Source of the DNA: Sutcliffiella tianshenii
GTDB taxonomy: Bacteria > Bacillota > Bacilli > Bacillales > Bacillaceae_N
Assembly: GCA_020524525.2 (NCBI GenBank)
Contig: CP129018.1
Span: 1,204,115-1,244,114 of the forward strand
Length of the DNA stretch: 40,000 nucleotides
Direction: 5' to 3'
Part shown: piece by piece, positions 9,910 to 19,421 of the stretch
Layout: the number at the start of each line of letters is the position of its first letter
Position numbering within the stretch: position 1 is the stretch's first letter
Notes under the pieces: model-generated
What the model was told of the DNA's origin: nothing
The model's input: only the letters and a program-made list of their open reading frames with translations
The model's database searches: none
Program-made: the position numbers and the translations under genes

Positions 9910-10344
9910 TTGTCCAAAGTAAAAAGTAATAAGCAAATCAACGGCACGTTCGGGACTGTGTGGGTGAACGGTGACAAGTGGTTGGATATTGACTCCTTTG
10001 AAGCAAAAATCACGATTGACTTTGAAGATGTAAACATGGCTGGTGACTTAGCTACTCACAAGAAAATGACAGGCTGGACAGGCGAAGGCTCCATGACTGT
10101 AAAGAAAGTATACAGTCGCGGGGCTTCTTTAATGGCGAATGCTGTTAAAAAAGGTGTTCTTCCTGACATTTCAATTGTGGGGAAATTAGACGACCCTGAT
10201 GCTTTCGGTGCAGAGCGTATAGCCATTAAAGAAGTGACGTTTAATGAATTTATGCTGATGAAGTTTGAACAAAAGACATTAAGTACAGAAGAGCTGCCGT
10301 TTAACTTTGCTGACTATGACCCAATTGATTTAATCAGTGCATAA
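9910..10344 (+). CDS. Tail tube protein (XkdM-like)
   Basis: TTG 9910 lies 8 nt after AAGGAGG (the ORF-track start 9886 overlaps the sheath end). INGTFG...FEAKI...TGWTGEGSMTVKKVYS pattern of XkdM/DUF2001 tube proteins. Confidence 0.8.
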   Translation: MSKVKSNKQINGTFGTVWVNGDKWLDIDSFEAKITIDFEDVNMAGDLATHKKMTGWTGEGSMTVKKVYSRGASLMANAVKKGVLPDISIVGKLDDPDAFGAERIAIKEVTFNEFMLMKFEQKTLSTEELPFNFADYDPIDLISA

Positions 10345-10357
10345 GGAGAGATGAAAG

Positions 10358-10750
10358 ATGAGTGTAAACAAGCTAACACTAACTGAATTAATTAAGAATA
10401 AGGAGAAGTATCAAGTTAAGGCTGATACAAAGGAAGAGTTATTTATTGAACGCTTAGGTGCAAGTATTACGATCAACAAGCCTGAGCGTTCTTTATGTTT
10501 AGAAGCTTTTCAAATGGCAAATGACGATGTGCAAGCGGAACAAGCAGATGCCTATGTTGTCTATAACATTGTTTCGGAACCCAATTTGAAAGACTCTGAG
10601 TTGCATAAAACATTTGGTTGTGCAGAACCGATTGATATTGTTGAGAAGTTATTTGAGGCTGGTGAAATTGCAAGAATTGCTCAAACAGGATTAGAGTTAG
10701 CAGGGTATAACAAAACCATTAAAAAGGTTAAAGATTTAAAAAACTCATAG
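10358..10750 (+). CDS. Tail assembly chaperone (XkdN-like), zero-frame product
   Basis: 130 aa between the tube and tape measure genes. Confidence 0.7.
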   Translation: MSVNKLTLTELIKNKEKYQVKADTKEELFIERLGASITINKPERSLCLEAFQMANDDVQAEQADAYVVYNIVSEPNLKDSELHKTFGCAEPIDIVEKLFEAGEIARIAQTGLELAGYNKTIKKVKDLKNS

Positions 10751-10905
10751 AAAGTGATGGCGATTTCCATTTTATCCATCACTACTTACAAAAAGGGTTT
10801 TCAATGGATTATTTGCTTAATTTGAGAGCGGATGAAAAGCTTTTCATGCTGGCTAGCATGGAGCAATACAACGATGAAGAAAGAGCTAAATACTCATTGA
10901 AATAG
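10358..10905 (+). CDS. Tail assembly chaperone, predicted -1 frameshift (G-T-like) extended product
   Basis: The -1 frame is open from the slippery site to TAG 10903-10905 (53 further codons: LIESDGDFHFIHHYLQKGFSMDYLLNLRADEKLFMLASMEQYNDEERAKYSLK). Confidence 0.6.
10738..10744 (+). promoter_or_regulatory. Slippery heptamer A AAA AAC for programmed -1 ribosomal frameshift
   Basis: The zero frame reads TTA AAA AAC TCA TAG. This is an X XXY YYZ heptamer 4 nt before the stop. Confidence 0.6.
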
Positions 10906-10936
10906 TTCTTTCTTCAATGAATTTGGTGGTGAAGAG

Positions 10937-12967
10937 ATGTCTAGCAGAGTCATATCCGCCGTTTTAACGTTAAGAGACCAGAACTTTACCACGAATGCAA
11001 GGCGAGCATCTAACCAAGTGTCAGATTTAGAACGTGGTGTCAGGAGTGCTGGAAACCGTATAAATCAATTTGGGAGCACGGCTGTAAGCAGCTTTGCAAA
11101 TATGGCGAGGGAAGCTGCTACAACAGTTGGAGTGTTGGCCGGATTTGCAGGGCTTACGACAATTGCTCAATCGATTCATGAAGTGGACCAGGCATTCGAC
11201 AATTTGGCTGCCAAAACGGGAGCAACTGGCACTCAGCTAGAAAAGTTAAATGGTGTGACCACTGAAGTGTTTAATAAAGGTTTTGGTGAGAGTATCGCAG
11301 ACGTTTCAAATGGAGTTGCCACATTAGAATCAATGTTTAGTGATCTAAATGACGGTGCTTTGAGTAATGTTGCTGAGGGAGCCTACACAATAAGCAGCCT
11401 ATGGGATGCAGAAGTGAAAGAGGTTGGAAAGACCGTTAAAACCATGACGAAAACATTTAAAGGCTTATCGGAAACTGATGCCATGGATTTAATGACAACT
11501 GCATTCCAGAAAACAGGTGACTACTCTGACGATTTACTTGATACGTTTAACGAATATTCCCTGTACTTTGAGAAGTTGGGCTTTGATGCTAAAGGCTTCA
11601 CAAATGTTCTCGTAAAAGGTGCAGAAGCAGGAGCCTACACAATGGATAAGGCTGGGGATGCCATCAAAGAATTTGGCATCAGGTCCATTGATGCCAGTGA
11701 TGCTACTGCAGAAGGTTTTAAAGCAATTGGGTTAGATGCTGAATTAATGACCAATAACTTTGCTGCTGGTGGAGAGACAGCTCAAAATGCATTTGCTGCT
11801 ACGGTTGCAGGGTTAGCAGCAATGAAGGACCCAGTTGAACAGAATGCTGCAGGTGTGGCTCTCTTCGGAACGCAATGGGAAGATTTGCGAGAAACCGTTA
11901 TTTTGTCTATGAGTGATGGGCAAGATGCAATCGGAGAGTTCGAAGGGGCAACAAAAAAAGCTGCTGAAACGATGCAGGACAATTTCGGTGCAAGGATGAA
12001 AAAGGTTTGGCGAGAATTGCAGACAGGCATCGTTGAAGTTTTTAACGAAAATGGAGGGCAAGAATTTCTTGGTGCTGTTGCTACAAAAGCAGAGGAAATT
12101 ATCCCTAAGGTTATAGAAGGTCTGCAGAGTACGAAAGGTACAGCTGCTGAAGTGTTTGGGTTCTTTAAGGATAATTGGGGAACGCTTGAGCCGATTATCT
12201 TTGGAGTTGTAGGAGGGATTACAGCTTATAAGCTTGCTGTAACAGGCGCAGCTGCAGCAACAAATGTCTGGAAAGGTGTCACCACGACCATGACTATTGC
12301 ACAGGCGTTATTTAACGGCACTTTAGCGATTTCACCATTAGGGTGGGTTGCTATTGCAATTGGAGCAGTTATAGCTGTAGGTATACTGTTATGGAGAAAC
12401 TGGGATACCGTTAAAGCAAAAGGATTAGAGCTTTGGGAAAGCTTAAAAGGTGTTTGGAGCGGTATTACCACAGGCTTTTCTAATATGTGGTCCGGTGTGA
12501 AAAGTGCTACAGGGAGTGCAATAAACTATGTTATTAGTGGTTTGAATCGTATGATTACTGGCTTGAATAACTTTGCTAGCTTTAAAGTTCCAGATTGGGT
12601 GCCAGGTATCGGGGGGGAAGGCTGGGAGATGAGCATCCCGACTATCCCTCAATTTGCTTTAGGTACGAGTTACTTTAAAGGTGGACTAGCTCAAATCAAT
12701 GAGCGTGGTGGCGAGATTGTTGACTTGCCGAATGGTTCAAGGGTTTATCCGCATGATAAGTCAGTACAAATGGCAAGAAATGAAGGACCAGGCAATACAA
12801 ATGGTTCAATAGAAGTTGTGAATTTATTACGTACCATTATTAGTTTGCTGAAAGAATCACAAAAGCCAAGTGTTGTTATTGAAAATATTGACGCGGTGGA
12901 TAAATCAATGAATGAGATTTTGAATGAATTAATTCCTTTATTAAAGAAAAGGATAGCCAATATGTAA
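10937..12967 (+). CDS. Tail tape measure protein
   Basis: 676 aa, Ala/Gly-rich and helical, with internal hydrophobic segments. Position is after the chaperone pair. Confidence 0.9.
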   Translation: MSSRVISAVLTLRDQNFTTNARRASNQVSDLERGVRSAGNRINQFGSTAVSSFANMAREAATTVGVLAGFAGLTTIAQSIHEVDQAFDNLAAKTGATGTQLEKLNGVTTEVFNKGFGESIADVSNGVATLESMFSDLNDGALSNVAEGAYTISSLWDAEVKEVGKTVKTMTKTFKGLSETDAMDLMTTAFQKTGDYSDDLLDTFNEYSLYFEKLGFDAKGFTNVLVKGAEAGAYTMDKAGDAIKEFGIRSIDASDATAEGFKAIGLDAELMTNNFAAGGETAQNAFAATVAGLAAMKDPVEQNAAGVALFGTQWEDLRETVILSMSDGQDAIGEFEGATKKAAETMQDNFGARMKKVWRELQTGIVEVFNENGGQEFLGAVATKAEEIIPKVIEGLQSTKGTAAEVFGFFKDNWGTLEPIIFGVVGGITAYKLAVTGAAAATNVWKGVTTTMTIAQALFNGTLAISPLGWVAIAIGAVIAVGILLWRNWDTVKAKGLELWESLKGVWSGITTGFSNMWSGVKSATGSAINYVISGLNRMITGLNNFASFKVPDWVPGIGGEGWEMSIPTIPQFALGTSYFKGGLAQINERGGEIVDLPNGSRVYPHDKSVQMARNEGPGNTNGSIEVVNLLRTIISLLKESQKPSVVIENIDAVDKSMNEILNELIPLLKKRIANM

Positions 12968-12986
12968 CGAGGAGGGATAGGTGTAA

Positions 12987-13406
12987 ATGGATTTTTTTCT
13001 AAGCATTAATAACAGAGAACAAGTTATTAAGCTGCCGGTTATCCCTTCGAGTTTCAAAATTCCAAGCCCAGTAAATAACGAAACCTATTCAACGATTAAC
13101 CAAGGTGAAATTAAATTAATCGGTTTAAGAGGCTTGAAATCTATCACGATTGATTCCTTTTTTCCTGTAAAAGACTATCCCTTTTTAAGAGACCGGACGT
13201 ATAAGGGCTGGGAGTATGTAGAGATCATTGAATCATGGATTGACCGGCGTATTCCGGTTCGCTTAGTGATTACGGATACGCCGATAAACTTAGCAATGAG
13301 CATAGATAACTTTGAATCAGGTATACAGGATGGTTCTGGTGATGTGTATTATTCATTGGTCCTATCAGAATTCAAGTTCATTAAACTTGAGAGCAGGCAG
13401 GTGTGA
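12987..13406 (+). CDS. Tail/baseplate protein (XkdP position, no LysM seen)
   Basis: Synteny only. Confidence 0.5.
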   Translation: MDFFLSINNREQVIKLPVIPSSFKIPSPVNNETYSTINQGEIKLIGLRGLKSITIDSFFPVKDYPFLRDRTYKGWEYVEIIESWIDRRIPVRLVITDTPINLAMSIDNFESGIQDGSGDVYYSLVLSEFKFIKLESRQV

Positions 13407-14383
13407 GAATGGCTCATGAATTATGGATAGTAAAAGATTCAACAATGACGAATATCACGCCCCTCATTGGAACGATTCAGTGGAGAAGCAACAAAGATGA
13501 GCTAGGAGACGAAATTACCTTTGATATAGCTTTTAATGATGACCGTTATTTTCCTGTTAATCCTTGTGATATAGGCGACTTGGTGATTTTGAAAAATGGA
13601 GAAGAGATTACGAGGGGCATTATTGTAGAAGAAGACAAAAAAGGGAGAAAGTCAATTCCTTATACTGTCTTTGATTATGCCTTTTACTTGAATAAATCGA
13701 ATGCTATCTATCAATTTAATGGTGTGGCTGCAGACCAGGCAATTCATAAAATATTAAAAGACTTTGGGGTTCCAGTTGGCACGATTGTAGCAATGCCAAC
13801 AAAAATCAAGAAAATCTTTAATAATAAAAAGGTCAGCGACATTATAAAAGAGATTGTGAAACAAGTAGAGCAGGAGCAAGGAAAAAAGTATTTGATGGAA
13901 ATGAGAGAAGGGAAATTCTATCTTGAAAAGCAAGAAGAGCGCATTATTAAAGGTAAATTTCGATTGGCTGCCAACTTAGCTGAACATGACATTACACAAG
14001 CAATTTCCAATCCAAGCAGAAAGAGAAGCATTATAGACATGAAGAACGCCGTGCAAATTGTTTCAGAAGAAAAAGTCATTGCTGAAACAAAAAACGATTC
14101 GTTAATAAGTAAATACGGAAAGCTGCAAGAAGTCGTGACAATCGACAAAGAAGAGCTTCCAAAAGCTAATACAATTGCTCTGAATACATTAAAAGATTTA
14201 GGAAAGGTATCTGAAGAAAGTGGACTAGAATTTATAGGTGATGACCGCTTTCGAGCAGGCCGGCTATGTGAAATAAATGAACCAATAACCGGGCTTCAAG
14301 GAACATATTTAATTACAGATGTAAATCATACTATCTCAAATGGAATTCATACAATGGTTCCCGGATTGGAGGCGGTTGAGTGA
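13403..14383 (+). CDS. Baseplate hub-type protein (XkdQ-like)
   Basis: 326 aa, the same size and position as PBSX XkdQ. Overlapping start and stop. Confidence 0.65.
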   Translation: MRMAHELWIVKDSTMTNITPLIGTIQWRSNKDELGDEITFDIAFNDDRYFPVNPCDIGDLVILKNGEEITRGIIVEEDKKGRKSIPYTVFDYAFYLNKSNAIYQFNGVAADQAIHKILKDFGVPVGTIVAMPTKIKKIFNNKKVSDIIKEIVKQVEQEQGKKYLMEMREGKFYLEKQEERIIKGKFRLAANLAEHDITQAISNPSRKRSIIDMKNAVQIVSEEKVIAETKNDSLISKYGKLQEVVTIDKEELPKANTIALNTLKDLGKVSEESGLEFIGDDRFRAGRLCEINEPITGLQGTYLITDVNHTISNGIHTMVPGLEAVE

Positions 14384-14814
14384 ATGATTCAATTACTGAA
14401 TTTGCAAAGATGTTTAAGGAAAGAGATAATCCGGTCCCAAGTGGTATACAAATAGGCGAAGTCCTTGCACCTTTTCCGGAAATAAAAATCAAGTTGAATG
14501 AGAAAGTAGTGTTAGGAAAAGAAGAACTAGTTTTCTCTGAAAGCCTGCTCAATACCTACAAAAGAGAAGTTGATATAAAAGGTCAAATCCAGCTCTCTGA
14601 TACAGATAGCGGAACGACAGATTCAGTTAATGACGGCGGGCAAGGCGCAAGCTCACATAGTCATACCATTCGTACTTTGGATGTTGATACAGCTTATACG
14701 GCAAAGGCAGAGCTATTATTTACAGATACGTTGGTAGCAGGTGATTCTGTTATTATCTTCCCAGCTGCTGATGAACAAACGTATTATGTCATGGATAAAG
14801 CGGTGAGGTTATAA
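14380..14814 (+). CDS. Baseplate protein (XkdR/DUF2577-like)
   Basis: GTGA overlap start with GGAGG upstream. Synteny. Confidence 0.6.
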   Translation: MNDSITEFAKMFKERDNPVPSGIQIGEVLAPFPEIKIKLNEKVVLGKEELVFSESLLNTYKREVDIKGQIQLSDTDSGTTDSVNDGGQGASSHSHTIRTLDVDTAYTAKAELLFTDTLVAGDSVIIFPAADEQTYYVMDKAVRL

Positions 14815-15245
14815 TGCTGCCAAAAATTACACAGTTAGAAATGCCTGAACAGACTTTACCTCAAGTAAAAATAGGAAAGTCTTTTTTATTTGATTTTCGA
14901 AAAGGCGACTTTATATTGAAAAACGGCAAAGTATTAGTGGTCGAGGAAATCGAAGCGCTAAAAATTTGGATTGAAAAGACAATTAGAACGGAAAAATTCA
15001 AGTTCAGAATTTATGACAATACTGAATATGGCGTAACTTTAGAGGATTTATTAGGCTCAAATTTTCCACAAGTTTTTATTGAAGCGGAAATTAAAAGAGA
15101 GGTCACATCTACGCTTGTCCAACATCCATACATTCAAAATATTTCAAGGTGGAAGTTTACAAGGGACGGCTCTTTAATGACGATTTTCTTTCAAGTCATA
15201 ACAATCGAAGGAGCTTTCGAGCAGGAGGTGACTTTTAATGGCTGA
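14814..15245 (+). CDS. Baseplate wedge protein (XkdS/DUF2634, gp25/W-like)
   Basis: KSFLFDFRKGDF...EEIEALKIWIEKTIRTEKFKFRIY...YGVTLEDLLG pattern and synteny. Confidence 0.65.
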   Translation: MLPKITQLEMPEQTLPQVKIGKSFLFDFRKGDFILKNGKVLVVEEIEALKIWIEKTIRTEKFKFRIYDNTEYGVTLEDLLGSNFPQVFIEAEIKREVTSTLVQHPYIQNISRWKFTRDGSLMTIFFQVITIEGAFEQEVTFNG

Positions 15246-16278
15246 TGATGCTCAAAAACGAATGTTGGCAAACATCAACGACGAATTTGATAAAAGTGTA
15301 GGTTCATTTTTTTATGATATTACTGGAGCAGTAGCTGTTCCGTTTAATGATAAATATAAAGCACTGGAACAATCGCTGGATGATTATTTCATTTCTACTT
15401 CTTCGAATGAGGACATTATTGAAAAGCGCGTTGCAGAACAGGGGATCACAAGGAAAGCAGCAACATTTGCTACGGGTTATGTAACTATAACCGGCCAGCA
15501 AGGTGCAGCCATTAATGAAGGTGATAAAGTTGCCAGTGATTTTACAACATATACGATCCAAGAATCAAAGGTAATAGGTGCATCACGAAAAGCAAGCGTT
15601 CTTGTTATGGCTGATGAAGCGGGGATGATTGGAAACTGTCCTGTCGGTTCCATTAAATACTTCCCTGTCACTTTATCCGGATTAACTACTGTAACAAATG
15701 ATGAAGAGTTTTCAAATGGCTATGACCAAGAGTCCATCGAATCCCTAAAGGAGCGGTATTTTGAGAAAGTAAGAACACCAGCAACTTCAGGGAATAAATA
15801 TCACTACCGAAATTGGGCCAAAGAGGTCATTGGTGTTGGTGATGCAAAAGTATTTCCGCAATGGAACGGAAGTGGAACTGTAAAGGTAGTCATTATCGAT
15901 AGTAATGGTCAAGGAGCAAGCCAAAACATTATTGATAGCGTATTTAGTCATATTGAGGAAGAACGGCCAATTTGCGTGGACGTTACCGTTGTAAGTGCAA
16001 CAGAAAAAGCTATTAATCTTGTTGTTGATTTGATAATTGATACCAATAATTATGCGCTTCAAGAAGTGCAGACAATCATTGAAAACAGCCTTAATAAGTA
16101 CTTAAAAACTTTGGCTTTTGCTGAGGACTATGTGTCTTATGGCCAAATTGGAAATCTTATTCTTGATAGTGAAGGGGTTATTGATTATTCAAACTTACTA
16201 GTCAATGGTGACGTTGGAAATGTACTTATTGGAGAAGAAGAGGTGGCGGTGCTAGGTACAATCACAACAAATGGATAG
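15238..16278 (+). CDS. Baseplate J-like protein (XkdT-like)
   Basis: 346 aa. Size, synteny and pattern match baseplate J family. Confidence 0.85.
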   Translation: MADDAQKRMLANINDEFDKSVGSFFYDITGAVAVPFNDKYKALEQSLDDYFISTSSNEDIIEKRVAEQGITRKAATFATGYVTITGQQGAAINEGDKVASDFTTYTIQESKVIGASRKASVLVMADEAGMIGNCPVGSIKYFPVTLSGLTTVTNDEEFSNGYDQESIESLKERYFEKVRTPATSGNKYHYRNWAKEVIGVGDAKVFPQWNGSGTVKVVIIDSNGQGASQNIIDSVFSHIEEERPICVDVTVVSATEKAINLVVDLIIDTNNYALQEVQTIIENSLNKYLKTLAFAEDYVSYGQIGNLILDSEGVIDYSNLLVNGDVGNVLIGEEEVAVLGTITTNG

Positions 16279-16289
16279 GCGGTGGTTAT

Positions 16290-16676
16290 GTGGCAGCATT
16301 AAGTAATTATTTAGAAAACGCAATGATAAATGCCGTGTTAAGAGGTGTGCAATATACAAGCCCTCAGAAAGTTTATGTTGGCTTGTTTTTATCCGATCCA
16401 ACCGATAAAAACAACGGTACTGAAGTAAGCGCAGCTAGTTATGAGCGACAGGCAATTACTTTCGAGGAGCCTGTGGATGGAGAAACGTCAAATAATAAAG
16501 ATGTACTTTTTCCAGTTACCACAGAAGATTGGGGAACAATAACACATATCGGCCTCTATGATGCTCAGACAGCGGGTAACTTGCTATGGCGTGGCCAGCT
16601 GGAATTTTCAAAAGAGATTGTGTTATCCAGTCAGTTTAAAATACCAAGAAATTATTTAATCGTTCGATTGAAATAG
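16290..16676 (+). CDS. Hypothetical tail/baseplate-associated protein
   Basis: GTG start. Co-linear between the baseplate J and DUF2313-like genes. Confidence 0.5.
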   Translation: MAALSNYLENAMINAVLRGVQYTSPQKVYVGLFLSDPTDKNNGTEVSAASYERQAITFEEPVDGETSNNKDVLFPVTTEDWGTITHIGLYDAQTAGNLLWRGQLEFSKEIVLSSQFKIPRNYLIVRLK

Positions 16677-16677
16677 G

Positions 16678-17514
16678 TTGATTGCAATGGTAGCTATTAA
16701 AGAACAAACCTGGAATGAGTTAAATACTCTTACTTGGGATGAGCTGGGTCAGTATAAGTGGAATGATTTTAGATTTGCGCTTATAACAGTTGATTCTCAA
16801 CTACAAACCCAAGGTGTGAATGTTGAGTCATCTAATAGTATTATGGTGAGCTATTCTGAGGCCGATGTCCAAGGTGTAAATGTTGAGCATAGCGTTATTG
16901 TAATGGCCAATGAAACAGATATGGTGGTCAGTGTATCAATAAGTGAGCATGACTATAAGCAGCTTATGTTAAAATCACTGCCAACATATTATCGTAAAAG
17001 CAGGGTCATTCATAACTTGCTAGATACATTTACAACTGAATTTCGAAGATTAGAGTTCAAAGAAAACGAGACATTTGAGAACTTTATAGTTGATACAACA
17101 TTCAGTGCGATTTCACGCTGGGAACGGGACTTAGGGATTGAACCAAACACTTCAAAGCCTTTAGATTTTCGAAGAGAGCAGGTTAAAGCGAAACTAAGAG
17201 CTACCACAGGTACTGTAACAAAGAAAATGATCCAAAACATCGCAAACGCATATGTAAACGGCAAGGTAGAAGTGATTGAAAATCCTTCTGCTTTTTCTTT
17301 TGGCATTAAGTTTATTGGCGACAAAGGCATTCCAGACAATGTTAATGACTTAGAGGCCATCATAAACGAAATTAAGCCAGCACATTTGTCTTTTTCCTTT
17401 GATTTCTCTTATACAACTTGGGCAGAGCTAGGGAACAAAACATGGGATGATTTAGCAGCTCACACATGGGATGAATTAAAGACAGTAAATTTTGATGAAG
17501 GAGGTCAGTCATGA
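16678..17514 (+). CDS. Tail protein with DUF2313 (XkdU/gpI-like) core flanked by TW-x-EL tryptophan repeats
   Basis: Central SRWERDLGIEP motif typical of DUF2313. Both termini carry repeated TWNEL/TWDEL/TWAEL motifs. Confidence 0.65.
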   Translation: MIAMVAIKEQTWNELNTLTWDELGQYKWNDFRFALITVDSQLQTQGVNVESSNSIMVSYSEADVQGVNVEHSVIVMANETDMVVSVSISEHDYKQLMLKSLPTYYRKSRVIHNLLDTFTTEFRRLEFKENETFENFIVDTTFSAISRWERDLGIEPNTSKPLDFRREQVKAKLRATTGTVTKKMIQNIANAYVNGKVEVIENPSAFSFGIKFIGDKGIPDNVNDLEAIINEIKPAHLSFSFDFSYTTWAELGNKTWDDLAAHTWDELKTVNFDEGGQS

Positions 17515-19421
17515 AGTATACACCGAATTACAACTTGAAAAAGCCTGAAGGTGGAGAGTATGTAAACATTGCCGATTTGAATGAAAACGTTGAGACGATT
17601 GATCAGAAGTTGAAGGAAAATGCGGATGGGGTTGCTGGGGTTGAGGAAGGTGTTGCTGCGCATTTACTCGAAGATGCTTCACTTACTCAAAAAGGTCATG
17701 TGCAGTTATCGAACGTTACTGACAGCGAAGATGAAACGAAAGCGGCTACGCCGAGTGCAGTAAAGCAAGCATACGACAAAGCAACGGAAGCATTGAATAA
17801 TAAGCCTGTTGATTATGGTCGTTATCAAGCGGAATTTGGTTGGGATGGTGCGATTTACGAAAATACAAAGCTAATAAACAATAAAGCAGAAATTTTTGAA
17901 CTAATAGACGGTTCCACAGTAACTAGACCACTAGATACCACAAGCGGAACAGCTAGTGATGGCGGTATTATAGTAGCTGTTAAAAATAATTTAAAAGGTA
18001 TAAAAATAAAGGTTTCTAGTAAAACAAATGGGGCTGATAGTTTTAAAATATGGGATGTCTCGGAATCAAAGTATATTTTAGATACAACAATTAACCCAGT
18101 TCAACCTGGAGATGTTTTATCTTTTGAAGTTGATTTAATTGCCGGTAGAAGTTATGGATTAGTTCTTTATGGTTCAAGCTTTTCTAAGGGGTATGCGTCA
18201 TTTAATGGTATAAAAACAAGTAATGATATTGATATTTTAAGTGGTACGTCTGACGGCACTAACACTAACACCTCTTGGTATTTTAATATCGAGGGAGTTA
18301 CATCATTACACGTTGGAGGAACATTAGGCACAATAACAAAAACAATCACACCATCCGACCTAAAAAAATGGGGTAACGTAAAGTTTACGAAGCGTGAGCT
18401 TACTAATACGAGTGTGGTTTGTGATCTAATCTATAGAAATAGGAATTCTGCAATACCAAAAATGACATCAAAAACAGACAACGTCATTACGGTGACAGGT
18501 AGTTACTCAGCTAATCAAAGCATAATTTATCAATTATTCGATGGAAATATAAACAAAGGTGTAAATTTAGGTGACGCTGGCGACTTTGTAACAATAGACC
18601 TAGGAAGTCAAAAAAGGTTCTTTAAATGTTCTATTTTTCCAACAAATGAAAATACAATTAGTTACGCGCCTAGAGCATTAAAAATAAGAGGCTCAAATGA
18701 CGAAGTTAATTGGGATGTATTAGCAACGAAAACAAACATTACGTGGGCGTTTAATTCATCAGTTGATTTTGATTTAATTGTTGGTGAATATAGATACTAT
18801 CAAATTTATGTACAAACAAATAGCGACTATTCAGGAAATTCTGTTTTGGGGGAGGTTCGCTTTTATGAAGAAACTCCAGTGAAAACGAATATTCAATCTT
18901 TAGAAGATTTATCAGGAATTAATGTAGTACAATACGAAAGTTTAGTTTTAAAGTGGACATTAAGTAGAAATTCAATAGATGATGAAAGTCCTAACGTTTC
19001 AGAGCCTAGTGTTACGTGGGAAGGTGCGAAAGAAGTCTTGCCTACAGTAGTTACAGGTAGGTGGTCTGATATAGCAACAATTATTAATGCTGCAACAACT
19101 TATAAAAAACGAATTCCTTTAGGCATAAAAGCGAAAAAGGGTCGAGGGTTATTGCTGGGAGCTAATGGAGGTAATTGGTTAGTTGGATTTACTACAGATA
19201 AAAATGGGGCATATAGTATTTTCGGTAACGATGCTTTTAGAAAGCCACATGACCCTTATTTAACTTCAGGATATTCATTAAGGGCATCAGGTAATGGGGT
19301 GGCTGATTTGGCGAACATTTATATAGAGGATAGTGATTTGGTTTTAGAAATTAGTAATAATAATTCGAGTTATAGTGTTACATTGGGTGTTACTGACTTT
19401 ATATGGGAGGCGGAGGGTTAA
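17511..19421 (+). CDS. Tail fibre / receptor-binding protein with discoidin (F5/8 type C)-like domain
   Basis: N-terminus YNLKKPE...IDQKL and GHVQLSN...KAATPSAVKQAYD are tail-fibre motifs. Residues ~315-453 (nt ~18453-18869) look like a discoidin/CBM domain (LFDGNINKG...FVTIDLG...ALKIRGSNDEVNWDVL...LGEVRFYE). Confidence 0.85.
   Translation: MKYTPNYNLKKPEGGEYVNIADLNENVETIDQKLKENADGVAGVEEGVAAHLLEDASLTQKGHVQLSNVTDSEDETKAATPSAVKQAYDKATEALNNKPVDYGRYQAEFGWDGAIYENTKLINNKAEIFELIDGSTVTRPLDTTSGTASDGGIIVAVKNNLKGIKIKVSSKTNGADSFKIWDVSESKYILDTTINPVQPGDVLSFEVDLIAGRSYGLVLYGSSFSKGYASFNGIKTSNDIDILSGTSDGTNTNTSWYFNIEGVTSLHVGGTLGTITKTITPSDLKKWGNVKFTKRELTNTSVVCDLIYRNRNSAIPKMTSKTDNVITVTGSYSANQSIIYQLFDGNINKGVNLGDAGDFVTIDLGSQKRFFKCSIFPTNENTISYAPRALKIRGSNDEVNWDVLATKTNITWAFNSSVDFDLIVGEYRYYQIYVQTNSDYSGNSVLGEVRFYEETPVKTNIQSLEDLSGINVVQYESLVLKWTLSRNSIDDESPNVSEPSVTWEGAKEVLPTVVTGRWSDIATIINAATTYKKRIPLGIKAKKGRGLLLGANGGNWLVGFTTDKNGAYSIFGNDAFRKPHDPYLTSGYSLRASGNGVADLANIYIEDSDLVLEISNNNSSYSVTLGVTDFIWEAEG

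Noticed and set aside
17511-19421. Diversity-generating retroelement acting on the tail fibre.
   Set aside because: The window contains no reverse transcriptase, and I noticed no template/variable repeat pair near the fibre 3' end.
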